Origin: Rickettsiales bacterium
GTDB lineage: Bacteria > Pseudomonadota > Alphaproteobacteria > Rickettsiales > UBA1997
Assembly: GCA_947455845.1 (NCBI GenBank)
Contig: CANGQE010000001.1
Span: 1-30,642 of the forward strand
Direction of reading: 5' to 3'
Length of the DNA stretch: 30,642 nucleotides
Position 1 is the first letter of the stretch. Each line of letters opens with the position of its first letter. Positions 11,138 through 20,547 of this stretch are shown here, piece after piece. The notes beneath the pieces were generated by a model. That model had not been told where the DNA came from. It saw only the letters and a program-made list of their open reading frames with translations, and searched no databases. A program made the translations under genes and the position numbers.

Positions 11138-12454
11138 TTATTTCGCGCCAAAAATCTGCGCGAAAATGTGATCCACATTTTTAGTGTGGTAAGAAAGATC
11201 GAAAATTTCTTCTAGTTTCTTGTCGCTGATTTTTCCTTGAACTTCGGGATCAGTTTTGAGCAATTCCAGAAAATCAATATCATCTTTCCAAACTTTCATG
11301 GCGTTGGTTTGAACGATGCGATAAGCATCTTCACGAGAAATTTTAGCGTCTTCAATTAACGTTAAAAGTACACGTTGAGAAAAAACTAAACCCTTTAAAC
11401 GGTTGAGATTTTTCTGCATATTTTCCGGATAGATCAAAAGATTTTCGATCATTGAAGCAAGGCGAGTAAGCGCGAAATCTAGCGTCACTGTTGCGTCTGG
11501 CCCGATCATTCTTTCAACTGACGAATGCGAAATGTCACGCTCGTGCCACAAGGCAACATTTTCTAAAGCCGGTGTAACAGCGCTGCGCACGATGCGGGCA
11601 AGTCCTGTTAAATTTTCACTCAATACCGGATTTCTTTTGTGCGGCATTGCTGAAGAGCCTTTTTGGCCTTTGGAGAAAAACTCTTCCACTTCCAAAACTT
11701 CGGTGCGCTGTAAGTGCCTGATTTCAGTGGCCAGATTTTCAATTGAAGAAGCAATTACGCCTAAAACTGAAAAGAAAAAAGCGTGACGATCTCTTGGAAT
11801 TACTTGGGTAGAAACTGATTCCTGCTCCAACCCCATTTTTTCTGCGACATATTTTTGCACGAAAGGATCAATATTAGCAAAGGTTCCAACCGCTCCCGAA
11901 ATTGCACAAACTGCGATTTCTTTTTTAGCATCTTTTAGGCGTTTTAGGTTTCTTTCAAACTCAGAATAAAAACGCGCAAGCTTTAAACCAAAAGTTACGG
12001 GTTCAGCGTGGATGCCGTGTGAACGACCAACACAAACCGTGTCTTTATGTTCAATGGCACGTTTTTTTATTGCCGCTAAAAGTCTTTCTAAATCAGCAAT
12101 TAAAATATCAGAAGCTTGGGAAAGTTGGGCGGAAAGGCAGGTATCAAGCACATCTGAACTTGTCATTCCCAAATGAATGAAGCGCGAATTTTCACCAACT
12201 AATTCAGCAAGGTGAGTTAAAAATGCAATTACGTCATGCTTGGTTACAGACTCAATTTCATCGATTCGAGCCTCATCAAATTTACCACCGGCTTTATTGA
12301 AATTTTCACGAATGCGTAAAGCTGAACCAGCATCAGCAATTCCTAGTTTTTCTAGGGCTTCGAGCGCGTAAATTTCAATATCGAACCAAATATTGTATTT
12401 ATTTTCTTGTGACCAAATTTTGGTCATTTCAGGGCGGGAGTAACGAGGGATCAT
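11138..12454 (-). CDS. purB: Adenylosuccinate lyase
   Basis: MIPRYSRPEM start, TKHDVIAF, GRSHGIHAEP and GSSAMPHKRNP signature. Confidence 0.97.
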   Translation of the reverse strand: MIPRYSRPEMTKIWSQENKYNIWFDIEIYALEALEKLGIADAGSALRIRENFNKAGGKFDEARIDEIESVTKHDVIAFLTHLAELVGENSRFIHLGMTSSDVLDTCLSAQLSQASDILIADLERLLAAIKKRAIEHKDTVCVGRSHGIHAEPVTFGLKLARFYSEFERNLKRLKDAKKEIAVCAISGAVGTFANIDPFVQKYVAEKMGLEQESVSTQVIPRDRHAFFFSVLGVIASSIENLATEIRHLQRTEVLEVEEFFSKGQKGSSAMPHKRNPVLSENLTGLARIVRSAVTPALENVALWHERDISHSSVERMIGPDATVTLDFALTRLASMIENLLIYPENMQKNLNRLKGLVFSQRVLLTLIEDAKISREDAYRIVQTNAMKVWKDDIDFLELLKTDPEVQGKISDKKLEEIFDLSYHTKNVDHIFAQIFGAK

Positions 12455-12478
12455 TGTATACAAAGTTAAATTTAGTGG

Positions 12479-12624
12479 AAAGCCCTCTTTGTAAAAGAGG
12501 TAGGGAGCCGCGCTGTAGCGTTAGCGAAAGCGTAGCGGAAGGGTGATTTAAAATGTCCAAGTTTAGAGAAAATCACCCGTCATCGCCTATCGGCGATGCC
12601 ACCCTCTTTTTCAAAGAGGGCTTT
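12479..12624. repeat. Family A doublet (146 bp, MITE/REPIN-like terminal inverted repeats)
   Basis: Begins AAAGCCCTCTTTG and ends CAAAGAGGGCTTT; internal GGGTGATTT-N20-AAATCACCC. Confidence 0.9.
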
Positions 12625-12629
12625 GAGTA

Positions 12630-14006
12630 CTACAAAATAAATTTCGAAAGATCGGTTTTGCCTGAGACTAAATCGCCAAGATGTTCATCAACGTATTTCT
12701 GATCAATCACTACGGCACTGCCATTTTTCATGTCAGTCGCTTCAAAACTTACATCCTCAAGAATTTTTTCAAGCATGGTGTGTAAACGACGCGCGCCGAT
12801 ATTTTCAACTTCGCCGTTAACTTTGAAAGCAACTTTTGCAATTTCGCTAATGCCGTCTTCAGTGAAATTTAATTTCACATTTTCAACTCCGATCAAAGCC
12901 ACATATTGCTTGATTAGACTTGATTCCGGTTCACGTAAAATTCGCACTAAATCTTCCTCTGTAAGCGGTTTTAATTGAACGCGGATTGGAAAACGACCTT
13001 GTAATTCCGGCAATAAATCTGCGGGTTTAGCCACGTGGAAAGCACCCGATGCAATGAATAAAACGTGATCGGTTTTGATGATGCCGTATTTGGTAGAGAT
13101 TGTTGTTCCTTCAACTAAAGGCAATAAATCACGTTGCACACCTTCACGAGAAACATCGGATCCGCCGCTTTTAATGCTGCCACGAGCACAGATTTTATCT
13201 ACCTCATCAATGAATACGATCCCGTCATTTTCGACTGATTTCATGGCAGCTTTGATGATTTTATCTTCGTCGATCATTTTATTTGATTCTTCTTCAATCA
13301 AGTTTTTCAACGCATCTTCCACCGTCATGCGGGCTTTTTTGGTTTTTTCACTACCCATTGCTTTGCCGATCATTTCGCTAAGATTAATCATGCCAATCTG
13401 ACCACCGGGAATGTCGAAACTATTAGAAACAGAAGATCCCGAATCAAGAACTTCAATTTCTATTTCGCGATCATTAAGTTCGCCGCGATCAAGCATTTGT
13501 GAAAATTTTTCTTTGGTTTCATCTAAAGCGCTTTCGCCAACCAAAGTTTTTAGAATTCTTTTTTTTGCATGTTTTTCGGCTTTATCATGCACATCTTTTT
13601 TCATGTCGTTTTTGATCGTTTTGATCGCAACTTCTACAAGATCGCGGATGATTGAATCAACATCACGACCAACATACCCCACTTCAGTAAATTTAGTAGC
13701 TTCAACTTTGATAAATGGTGCATTAGCAAGCTTGGCTAGGCGTCGCGCCACTTCTGTTTTCCCAACTCCTGTGGGCCCAATCATTAAGATATTTTTCGGC
13801 ATGATTTCTTCACGCAAAGGACTTTCTACCAGTTTGCGGCGGTAGCGGTTACGTAGTGCAATTGCCACGGCTTTTTTAGCTTCATGCTGACCAACAATGT
13901 AACGGTTTAACTCATCAACAATTTGTTTAGGGGTAAGACCCATTGCAGAATTTTGCGGCACAATTTTTGCATCAGAATTCGCCGCAGCTTTAGAATTTTT
14001 TTTCAT
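12630..14006 (-). CDS. hslU: ATP-dependent protease ATPase subunit HslU
   Basis: [57 protein letters not shown]. Confidence 0.97.
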   Translation of the reverse strand: MKKNSKAAANSDAKIVPQNSAMGLTPKQIVDELNRYIVGQHEAKKAVAIALRNRYRRKLVESPLREEIMPKNILMIGPTGVGKTEVARRLAKLANAPFIKVEATKFTEVGYVGRDVDSIIRDLVEVAIKTIKNDMKKDVHDKAEKHAKKRILKTLVGESALDETKEKFSQMLDRGELNDREIEIEVLDSGSSVSNSFDIPGGQIGMINLSEMIGKAMGSEKTKKARMTVEDALKNLIEEESNKMIDEDKIIKAAMKSVENDGIVFIDEVDKICARGSIKSGGSDVSREGVQRDLLPLVEGTTISTKYGIIKTDHVLFIASGAFHVAKPADLLPELQGRFPIRVQLKPLTEEDLVRILREPESSLIKQYVALIGVENVKLNFTEDGISEIAKVAFKVNGEVENIGARRLHTMLEKILEDVSFEATDMKNGSAVVIDQKYVDEHLGDLVSGKTDLSKFIL

Positions 14007-14122
14007 TTTTGAATCGTTTTTTCAGGAGGAATTTTAATGCCGTTATAGCTAGCGGAGTTTAGTAAAATTACTAGTAGCAAAATTACTAGGCTGATAAAGA
14101 AAATTGCTAGGAAGATTTTCAT
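14003..14122 (-). CDS. Small single-pass membrane peptide (39 aa, [39 protein letters not shown]), not in the ORF track
   Basis: Hand-translated; ATG 9 nt after the engB stop; its TGA overlaps the hslU ATG (ATGA); about 19-residue hydrophobic stretch. Confidence 0.6.
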   Translation of the reverse strand: MKIFLAIFFISLVILLLVILLNSASYNGIKIPPEKTIQK

Positions 14123-14131
14123 AGGTTAATT

Positions 14132-14773
14132 CTATAAATGCTGCAAAACTTCCACGATCGAATCTTGAATTTCTTTAATACCATAGCCCTTAGAGCTACT
14201 GGTCGCAATAATTTCAGGATGCGCCGCCGGCCATTTGGCAATTTCAGCCGTAATTTTCTCTTGAGATTTGGCCAGTTCTTCTTTGTTCAATTTATCAGTT
14301 TTAGTCAAAATAACCTGAAATGAAACCGCCATGGCATTAAGCATATTAGTCATGTCGCGATCGCCTTCTTTCAAACCCTTAGTCGGATCAATCAGCAAAT
14401 ATAAACGCTTTAGATTTGGCCTCTTCATCAAATATTCCAAAGCAGTCTTTTGCCAATGCTCGGTATGTTTGGCACTCGCTTTGGCAAAACCATATCCGGG
14501 CATGTCCACCAACACAAAACCTTCGGAAAAGCTTTGAGTAAATCCATCGGCAATTTTAAAAAAGTTAAGCTGGCGTGTTCTTCCGGGAGTAGTTGAAACA
14601 ATGGCAATTTTTTTATTAACAATGGCATTAATCAAACTTGATTTACCAACATTGGAAGCCCCAATAAAGGCAATCTCAGGCCGCGAATCTTGTGGAATCT
14701 GCGAATAAGTATGAGCCCCAAAAAGGAATTCACATTCGCCGTTAAAAATTTTCTTAGGATCTAGTTTTTTCAT
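14132..14773 (-). CDS. engB: Ribosome biogenesis GTP-binding protein YihA/YsxC (EngB)
   Basis: GASNVGKSSLIN, TPGRTRQLNF, DMPGYG and TKTDK motifs; ATG 14773 preferred over the upstream TTG. Confidence 0.93.
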   Translation of the reverse strand: MKKLDPKKIFNGECEFLFGAHTYSQIPQDSRPEIAFIGASNVGKSSLINAIVNKKIAIVSTTPGRTRQLNFFKIADGFTQSFSEGFVLVDMPGYGFAKASAKHTEHWQKTALEYLMKRPNLKRLYLLIDPTKGLKEGDRDMTNMLNAMAVSFQVILTKTDKLNKEELAKSQEKITAEIAKWPAAHPEIIATSSSKGYGIKEIQDSIVEVLQHL

Positions 14774-14876
14774 TTTTTGAAATGGTGAGTATCGTTCTTT
14801 GATGTCGTAATAAGCGCCGCAAATTTCTTTGAAATCAGTCAACTATCTCATGATGCCTTTAGGTTTTTAAACATCC

Positions 14877-15755
14877 TTAAGTTTTTCTCTCAAGAAACTC
14901 AATCATCTTCGCCGCCACGTCAATTCCAGTAGCGCCTTCTATTCCTTCGAGTCCCGGTGAGGAATTAACTTCTAAAAGTTTAGGACCGGAATTAGAGCGA
15001 ACCATATCAACTCCGGCAACTTCGAGGCCGACAACTTTGGCGGCTTTTATTGCCAAATCACGCTCTTCGGAGCTGACTTCAATTGCATTTGCCGTAGCGC
15101 CAAGATGGATGTTGGCACGGAATTCGCCTTCTTGAGCAATGCGCTCCATTGAAGCTACAACTTGGTCTCCGATCACAAAACATCTAATGTCCTGACCCTT
15201 GGATTCTTTGATATATTGCTGCACTAAAATATCGGCTTTCAAGCTTCTAAAAGCATTTATTACACTTTCTGCTGCCTTGTTAGTTTCTGCCAAAACCACA
15301 CCCACACCTTTTGTTCCTTCAAGCAATTTAACCACTAGCGGCGCGCTTTCGACCAACTTGATTAAATCTTTCGTATCATAAGATGAGTTAGCAAAACTAG
15401 TTAGAGGCACGTTTAAGCCATGCTGAGACAAGATTTGCAATGTGTGCAATTTATCACGAGATTTAGTGATTGCTTCTGAGCCATTGAGACAATTGATTCC
15501 CATCACTTCAAACTGCCTAATAACCGCAGATCCGTAAAATGTCATTGAGGGTTTGATACGTGGAATTACGTAGTCGATATTTTCTACTTTTCTGGCTTCG
15601 TCGTAGAAAATTTCACAGCCATTAGATGCCACTTTTATGTAACATTCTCCAACATTCACAAACTCAATATCATGGCCACGTTTTTTGGCCGCTTCCATGA
15701 TTCTTTGGTTGGAATAGAGAGTAGGATTTGAAGCGAGAAGTATTATTTTTTTCAT
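14877..15755 (-). CDS. rimK: RimK-family alpha-L-glutamate ligase
   Basis: SRDKLHTLQIL, KLLEGTKGVGV, EFRANIHLG and LEVNSSPGLEGIE ATP-grasp motifs. Confidence 0.92.
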   Translation of the reverse strand: MKKIILLASNPTLYSNQRIMEAAKKRGHDIEFVNVGECYIKVASNGCEIFYDEARKVENIDYVIPRIKPSMTFYGSAVIRQFEVMGINCLNGSEAITKSRDKLHTLQILSQHGLNVPLTSFANSSYDTKDLIKLVESAPLVVKLLEGTKGVGVVLAETNKAAESVINAFRSLKADILVQQYIKESKGQDIRCFVIGDQVVASMERIAQEGEFRANIHLGATANAIEVSSEERDLAIKAAKVVGLEVAGVDMVRSNSGPKLLEVNSSPGLEGIEGATGIDVAAKMIEFLERKT

Positions 15756-16258
15756 ATTTTACTGATGTCTAAACAGGGTTTAGTTGATTGGTAAAGATCG
15801 ATAATTTCTTTTCTTTTGGACTTGCCGAGAACGAAAGATTTGGAAGTATCAACCAGCATTTTTGCTTGTTTGATTGCCTCGCGTCCAAGTAACATGCGAA
15901 AGGCCATTGAGTCACGATTGGCAAGGGTAATTTCGACTCTGATTTTCTTATCGCCAACGCGCAAATCAGATTTAATCACAAATCTTTTTTCTTTTTTTCC
16001 ACCCGAATCTGAAACCATTCTGCGATCGATCACCCGTGCTACACAAGTGCGCACTAGCTGCTTATTTTTTTGCAAAGGGTGAATGTCAAATTTCACATAT
16101 TCGACATTTTCGATGTAGAAATTTTCGATGTTAAAGGCGTGCAAGGATGAGGTTTTAGCTCCAGTGTCAATCTTGCCTTTAATCGCAGGCAAGCTTAGAC
16201 AATCAAGCCCAAACCACTCTTTCCAGCCAATTGTTTTTTTAAAAATTTTCTTATTCAT
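15752..16258 (-). CDS. RimK-associated putative ATP-dependent zinc protease family protein (retropepsin-like)
   Basis: IGWKEW, KIDTGAKTSSLHA, EITLANRDSMAFRMLLGREA; overlaps both the kdsB stop and the rimK start. Confidence 0.88.
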   Translation of the reverse strand: MNKKIFKKTIGWKEWFGLDCLSLPAIKGKIDTGAKTSSLHAFNIENFYIENVEYVKFDIHPLQKNKQLVRTCVARVIDRRMVSDSGGKKEKRFVIKSDLRVGDKKIRVEITLANRDSMAFRMLLGREAIKQAKMLVDTSKSFVLGKSKRKEIIDLYQSTKPCLDISKI

Positions 16259-17003
16259 TAGATTTCGTCGCAATCAACTTAGTTACAATTTCCAGATCTT
16301 CTTTGGTATCAACCGATAGCGGATGGGCATCAACAATTTTAACAAAAATATTCATGTCATTTTCAAGCGCGCGTAATTGCTCTAGGCTTTCACGCTTCTC
16401 CAACATTGATTGTGGAAGATTAACAAATTTTTCCAATGCCGCTTTTTTGTAAGCGTAAATTCCGATGTGGTGAAAATAATCTGCCGATTTTTCTTTAGAA
16501 AAAGGAATGGGACAGCGTGAAAAATAAAGTGCCTTTCCCAGATTTTCTTCTCTAAATGAAATAGCAATTTTGACAACATTTGGGTTATTAATTTCTGCTT
16601 CATTTTTTATTTTTGACGCAACGGTAGCAATGTCACAATCATGCTCTAAAGCCGCTTGAGCAGCAGCGCGAATTACTTGCGGATCAATATTTGGCAAGTC
16701 ACCTTGAAGGTTTAAAATAATATCAAAATTGCCGTTAGAGAAACTTTTGTAAGCCGCGTAAATGCGATCAGTTCCTGATGGCAAATTCGGATCAGTAATG
16801 ACAAATTTTCCACCGAATTTTTTTACTTCTGCTGCAATTTCTTCACCGTCACAGGCAATTATTACTTCTCCTAAATCCGCTGCCAGAGCTTGTTCGTAAA
16901 CTCTTTGGGTCATGCTTTTGCCGCAAATATCCGCTAGGGGTTTATTGGGTAAACGAGTTGAGGCAAGGCGTACTGGAATTATTGTTAGGACTTTATTTTG
17001 CAT
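16251..17003 (-). CDS. kdsB: 3-deoxy-manno-octulosonate cytidylyltransferase
   Basis: IPVRLASTRLPNKPL, SGTDRI, NLQGDLP, LEQLRALE; start at MQNKVL (the ORF-track extension runs into a repeat). Confidence 0.96.
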   Translation of the reverse strand: MQNKVLTIIPVRLASTRLPNKPLADICGKSMTQRVYEQALAADLGEVIIACDGEEIAAEVKKFGGKFVITDPNLPSGTDRIYAAYKSFSNGNFDIILNLQGDLPNIDPQVIRAAAQAALEHDCDIATVASKIKNEAEINNPNVVKIAISFREENLGKALYFSRCPIPFSKEKSADYFHHIGIYAYKKAALEKFVNLPQSMLEKRESLEQLRALENDMNIFVKIVDAHPLSVDTKEDLEIVTKLIATKSNE

Positions 17004-17048
17004 TTTTTTCTTGAGGAGTTTTTGATTAGTGCGGGTAAATAAAACACC

Positions 17049-17178
17049 TACCGCGCCAACTAGACCACATCGTAAAGACAGGGTGACACGAAGTGCCATT
17101 AGGAACAATGTTTTTAGTTTGTACTAACACTCTCAACTTGTCACCCCGTCTTTACGAAGGGGTCTAGTTGGCGTGGTA
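17049..17178. repeat. Family C-variant inverted-repeat doublet
   Basis: 40-bp arms at 17049-17088 and 17139-17178 with 4 mismatches; core GTCACCCCGTCTTTACGAAGGGGTCT. Confidence 0.85.
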
Positions 17179-17261
17179 ACAATATTTTTCTTAAAGAAAT
17201 TTAAAACCAACCCATTCCCCACCCTAGATAAATCGCGCTTTTCAAGAATTCTACAAATTTG

Positions 17262-17297
17262 TTGCATTTTTAAGATTCCTGACTTTAATGCGCCGCT
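17262..17297 (+). promoter_or_regulatory. Possible promoter for tRNA-Lys
   Basis: TTGCAT-N18-TAATGC followed by GC-rich GCCGC; weak match. Confidence 0.3.
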
Positions 17298-17400
17298 CCT
17301 TAACTTGAAGCTGTTGAAAAACAAACTTCTGGCTTAGGTGAAAGAAAATATTTGTTCGTAAAATGTTAGGTACTATTTACTAAAAAATTACGCAACAAAT

Positions 17401-17476
17401 GAGCACGTAGCTCAGTCGGTAGAGCACCTGACTTTTAATTAGGTGGTCGTTGGTTCGATTCCAACCGTGCTCACCA
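17401..17476 (+). tRNA. tRNA-Lys (TTT)
   Basis: Acceptor GAGCACG/CGTGCTC, D-arm GCTCAGTCGGTAGAGC, anticodon loop CTTTTAA, GTTCGATTC T-loop, CCA. Confidence 0.96.
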
Positions 17477-17485
17477 TCTACTGAC

Positions 17486-17524
17486 AAAAAAAAGCCGGCC
17501 TCCAATTTGGAAGCCGGCTTTTTT
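17486..17524. terminator. Bidirectional Rho-independent terminator
   Basis: A-tract, GCCGGC stem with inner TCCA/TGGA pairs, GCCGGC, T-tract; lies between tRNA-Lys and the convergent ORF. Confidence 0.8.
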
Positions 17525-17604
17525 GTTTTTCATGCTATTTTAGTATTGGCAACAATTGTGCTAGCAGCTGCCCGTATGTATTTGCTTGGCTAAAGAAATA
17601 CTAA

Positions 17605-18579
17605 TTATTTCTCATGCTTATGCATTCGTCTTCCTCTTGATGAATTAAGAAAATTTTCAACATCATTCAATTTGGTCACAGATTTTGGGCTACATTTTGA
17701 CTGGGCTAATTCTTCAGATGTAATCTTCTCAACATTCGGATTATAAGGAAGAAGGGTGGCCACATACTCTTTGCTAAAATCGCAGTTACTGGCCAGAAGT
17801 TCGGCAGCCCGCTCATTCTCCAACACCCGAACAATATGCTCTTCCTGCCTACTGTCATAAATATAAAGTTTTAGGTGGGGCTTTTTCTGTAAAATGGCGA
17901 TCAACTCTTGTCTATCTTCATCGTGATGCGTAGCGGGAACAATCTCATCAAGCTCCGCGCTATCAAATGAAACATCTAGAAAAATCCCTAATACCGGATT
18001 AGTTTCGCCATTTTTTTGAATACACAAAGCTTCATTGGTGGCTGTAATATTACTTTTAAAATATTTACGCCAAACATTTTCAGCAAAAACATTTATATCT
18101 CCTGTTTCCAAGATTTCGCAATTAACCTGCGCCTCTTCTAAGCGAGGCAATTTGCGCAAAACAGCCTGATTGGTTATGGCCTGATTAGATCTATCCCAAG
18201 GTCTTAATACCTGTTTTTTCCCTGCATATTTGCTGTCGCTTTTTTCGATGACATATTCTTCATCCAAAACAACATCATGTGATGCACTTGCTACAAAATC
18301 AGCGTAAGGAACATCAACTTTATTGGGATCAATTACAAAACCGATTTGATAGCCGCACCATGGGACTATAGGAACATTATTACCTCTACTACCAGACCAT
18401 GCTACAGTTGTGGCCCTAGCAACCTGAAATGGTCCATATACTGTTACTCTTTGTTTTTTGTCGGAATGGCTGGGGAAGTGCTCGACTACATCTCTAAGTT
18501 CACTCAAAAACTCCACCATCGAAAAGATGATGTAATTCGCCTCACTTGGATTTGGCGGCTTTTCGTATTTTTCTGGCAT
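17605..18579 (-). CDS. Hypothetical protein (324 aa), no recognisable domain
   Basis: Long open frame between tRNA-Lys and the helicase; soluble composition with a basic C-terminus. Confidence 0.75.
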   Translation of the reverse strand: MPEKYEKPPNPSEANYIIFSMVEFLSELRDVVEHFPSHSDKKQRVTVYGPFQVARATTVAWSGSRGNNVPIVPWCGYQIGFVIDPNKVDVPYADFVASASHDVVLDEEYVIEKSDSKYAGKKQVLRPWDRSNQAITNQAVLRKLPRLEEAQVNCEILETGDINVFAENVWRKYFKSNITATNEALCIQKNGETNPVLGIFLDVSFDSAELDEIVPATHHDEDRQELIAILQKKPHLKLYIYDSRQEEHIVRVLENERAAELLASNCDFSKEYVATLLPYNPNVEKITSEELAQSKCSPKSVTKLNDVENFLNSSRGRRMHKHEK

Positions 18580-18611
18580 GGATTAAATTACAGCTTCGGA
18601 AAACAAGCACA

Positions 18612-18629
18612 CCGCTGGTCGAGCGGATT
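18612..18629. repeat. Family E short hairpin repeat
   Basis: CCGCTGGTCGAGCGGA is identical to 30606-30621. Confidence 0.55.
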
Positions 18630-18633
18630 GTTA

Positions 18634-18661
18634 AGTGCAGGATTTTTTAGAATCCTGCACT
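18634..18661. terminator. Stem-loop downstream of the DEAD-box helicase (possible terminator or stabiliser)
   Basis: 11-bp stem AGTGCAGGATT/AATCCTGCACT; lacks a good U-tract in the helicase direction. Confidence 0.4.
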
Positions 18662-18669
18662 ATTTTTAC

Positions 18670-20331
18670 CTATTGCTTTTCTTTCGCTCTAGTAACCAAA
18701 GATCTTTTGCCACCAGATTGTTTTTGGAAAGAGTGCAAAACTTTTTCCGCATCTTCAAAAGGAACAGCGAAGAATGAGAAGGCGTCAAACATCTTCACAT
18801 CGTCGATGCGGCGTTGATCAACGCCGGTTTCATTTTGAATGAACTCAACCAATCTTTTTGGATCCATGTTGTCGTTGCGCCCCTTAGCGATAAATAAACG
18901 CGCAGTTCCTTTACGATCAACATAACTTCTGCGACCTTGATCGCCGATTGGACGATGTCCGCTCATACCGCGGTCATCGTAGTAATAGTCTTTATTTTTG
19001 CTGTATTCGTTGATTTCGCTGTAACTTTTTTCGTTAAGCTCGTCTTTGAAAGCTAGCTTCAACAAGGCAGCAATTGCTACTTTTGGATCAACCGCTTCAG
19101 CCAAAATTTCATCAACAATTTCACCAACATCCGAGAAATTTCCGGCTGAGATAATTTCAAGAAGGGAGTTTTTGATGCGTTGTTTTTTGCTTTCAATCAC
19201 GTCAGAAACATTTGGAACTTTTTGTTTCGTGATCGTCATGTTCGACATTTTTTGGATCGTAACTAGCTTACGATATTCCGAAGGCGTGATCAAAGTGATC
19301 GCGATTCCAGTTTTACCAGCTCTTCCGGTACGACCAATTCTGTGCACGTAGCTTTCAGGATCTTGAGGTAAAGCGTAGTTAATTACGTGAGTAAGATTGT
19401 CGATGTCAATACCACGAGCAGCAACGTCAGTTGCAACTAACACGGTGATTTTTTTAGCACGGAATTTTTGCAAAACTTTTTCTCTTTGACCTTGAGAAAG
19501 ATCGCCGTGAATCGCTTCAGCTCTACAGCCACGATTAGCCAACTTGTGTGAAATTTCATCAGCATCAATTTTGGTACGGCAAAAAACTAAACCGTAAAAA
19601 CTTTCTTCAACGTCGATGATTCTAAAAAGAGCTTCGAACTTGTCAGATTGAGGAACTTCGAAATAAATTTGCTGGATATTGGCTTTGCTAATATTGTCTT
19701 TAGCAACTGCAATAACTTCATATTCATTCATGTATTTCTTAGCTAAACGCTCGATGTGAGCAGGCATTGTAGCAGAGAATAAAACTGTTCTGCGCTCTTT
19801 CGGAGCAGCTTTCAAAATTGCTTCAATATCATCAATGAAACCCATGTTTAACATTTCGTCAGCTTCATCTAAAACGATGTAAGAAACTTTTGAAATGTCT
19901 AGAGTGCGGCGCTGCAAGTGATCCAAGATACGACCGGGGGTTCCGACAACAATATCAACACCACGTTGTAAACGTGAAATTTGACGCTCGATTGGTTGAC
20001 CACCGTAAACCGCAATGATGCGGGTTTTCTGCTCTTCAGCAAATGAACTTAATTCTTCGGCAACTTGAATCGCTAATTCACGAGTTGGAGCCAAGATGAT
20101 AGCCTGAACTCTTTTAGAATCAGGAACGATATTTTCGATGATCGGAATTCCGAAAGCTGCAGTTTTACCAGTTCCTGTTTGAGCTTTACCGATTAAATCT
20201 TTTTTATTTGCGAGAAGAAATGGGATGGTTTGCGCTTGAATTGGAGTTGGTTCTTCAAAACCTTTTTTGTGTAAAGAATTGAGCATCATATCAGAAAGAC
20301 CGAGCTCTCTGAATTTAACTAGAGTGGACAT
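18670..20331 (-). CDS. deaD: DEAD-box RNA helicase with C-terminal DbpA-type RNA-binding domain (DeaD/CsdA-like)
   Basis: Q motif, AQTGTGKT, PTRELA, LDEADEM, SAT, HRIGRTGRAG and a C-terminal RBD. Exact orthology is uncertain. Confidence 0.85.
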   Translation of the reverse strand: MSTLVKFRELGLSDMMLNSLHKKGFEEPTPIQAQTIPFLLANKKDLIGKAQTGTGKTAAFGIPIIENIVPDSKRVQAIILAPTRELAIQVAEELSSFAEEQKTRIIAVYGGQPIERQISRLQRGVDIVVGTPGRILDHLQRRTLDISKVSYIVLDEADEMLNMGFIDDIEAILKAAPKERRTVLFSATMPAHIERLAKKYMNEYEVIAVAKDNISKANIQQIYFEVPQSDKFEALFRIIDVEESFYGLVFCRTKIDADEISHKLANRGCRAEAIHGDLSQGQREKVLQKFRAKKITVLVATDVAARGIDIDNLTHVINYALPQDPESYVHRIGRTGRAGKTGIAITLITPSEYRKLVTIQKMSNMTITKQKVPNVSDVIESKKQRIKNSLLEIISAGNFSDVGEIVDEILAEAVDPKVAIAALLKLAFKDELNEKSYSEINEYSKNKDYYYDDRGMSGHRPIGDQGRRSYVDRKGTARLFIAKGRNDNMDPKRLVEFIQNETGVDQRRIDDVKMFDAFSFFAVPFEDAEKVLHSFQKQSGGKRSLVTRAKEKQ

Positions 20332-20517
20332 GTTTTTTTATTTTTAATTGTAAGTTAGAACCTGTTTAGGACGTTTTTTTAAACCCATCTGTGTCGCAGA
20401 AATATCAGGATATTTTGGAGAACTATTGTGAGAAACTCAGCAAAAACAGAGGGATGGTGTGTTTAGAAAATATTCTAAACTGATTCATGGATCCCGCGAA
20501 TGCAGGACTTGCGCCGC

Positions 20518-20545
20518 ATCGTAGCCACATAGTTTTCAATGTCAA
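20518..20545 (-). promoter_or_regulatory. Putative sigma70 promoter for the helicase, implying a 5' UTR of about 180 nt
   Basis: TTGACA (20545-20540), N16, TACGAT (20523-20518), then GC-rich GCGGCGC. Confidence 0.5.
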
Positions 20546-20547
20546 AT

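Noticed and set aside
14060-14110. Tandem palindromic TAGYAAAATTRCTAG motif as an operator upstream of hslU, with a look-alike at 21371-21392
   Set aside because: Explained by Leu-Val-Ile-Leu codons of the 39-aa peptide on the minus strand; it does not match CIRCE or ROSE, and the second site differs in spacing.
17004-17108. 35-aa N-terminal extension of KdsB in the ORF track
   Set aside because: It reads through a repeat arm; MQNKVL at 17003 matches the normal KdsB start. The same reasoning applies to the track extensions of recQ, purB, engB and PAP2.
17133-17324. 63-aa ORF upstream of kdsB
   Set aside because: It overlaps a repeat arm and the probable tRNA-Lys promoter region, with no recognisable features.
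5614-17476. Integrative elements at tRNA-Gln or tRNA-Lys
   Set aside because: No integrase and no duplicated tRNA 3' end was found; the GTTGGTTCCAAC resemblance at 20582 is not conserved in the second family D copy.
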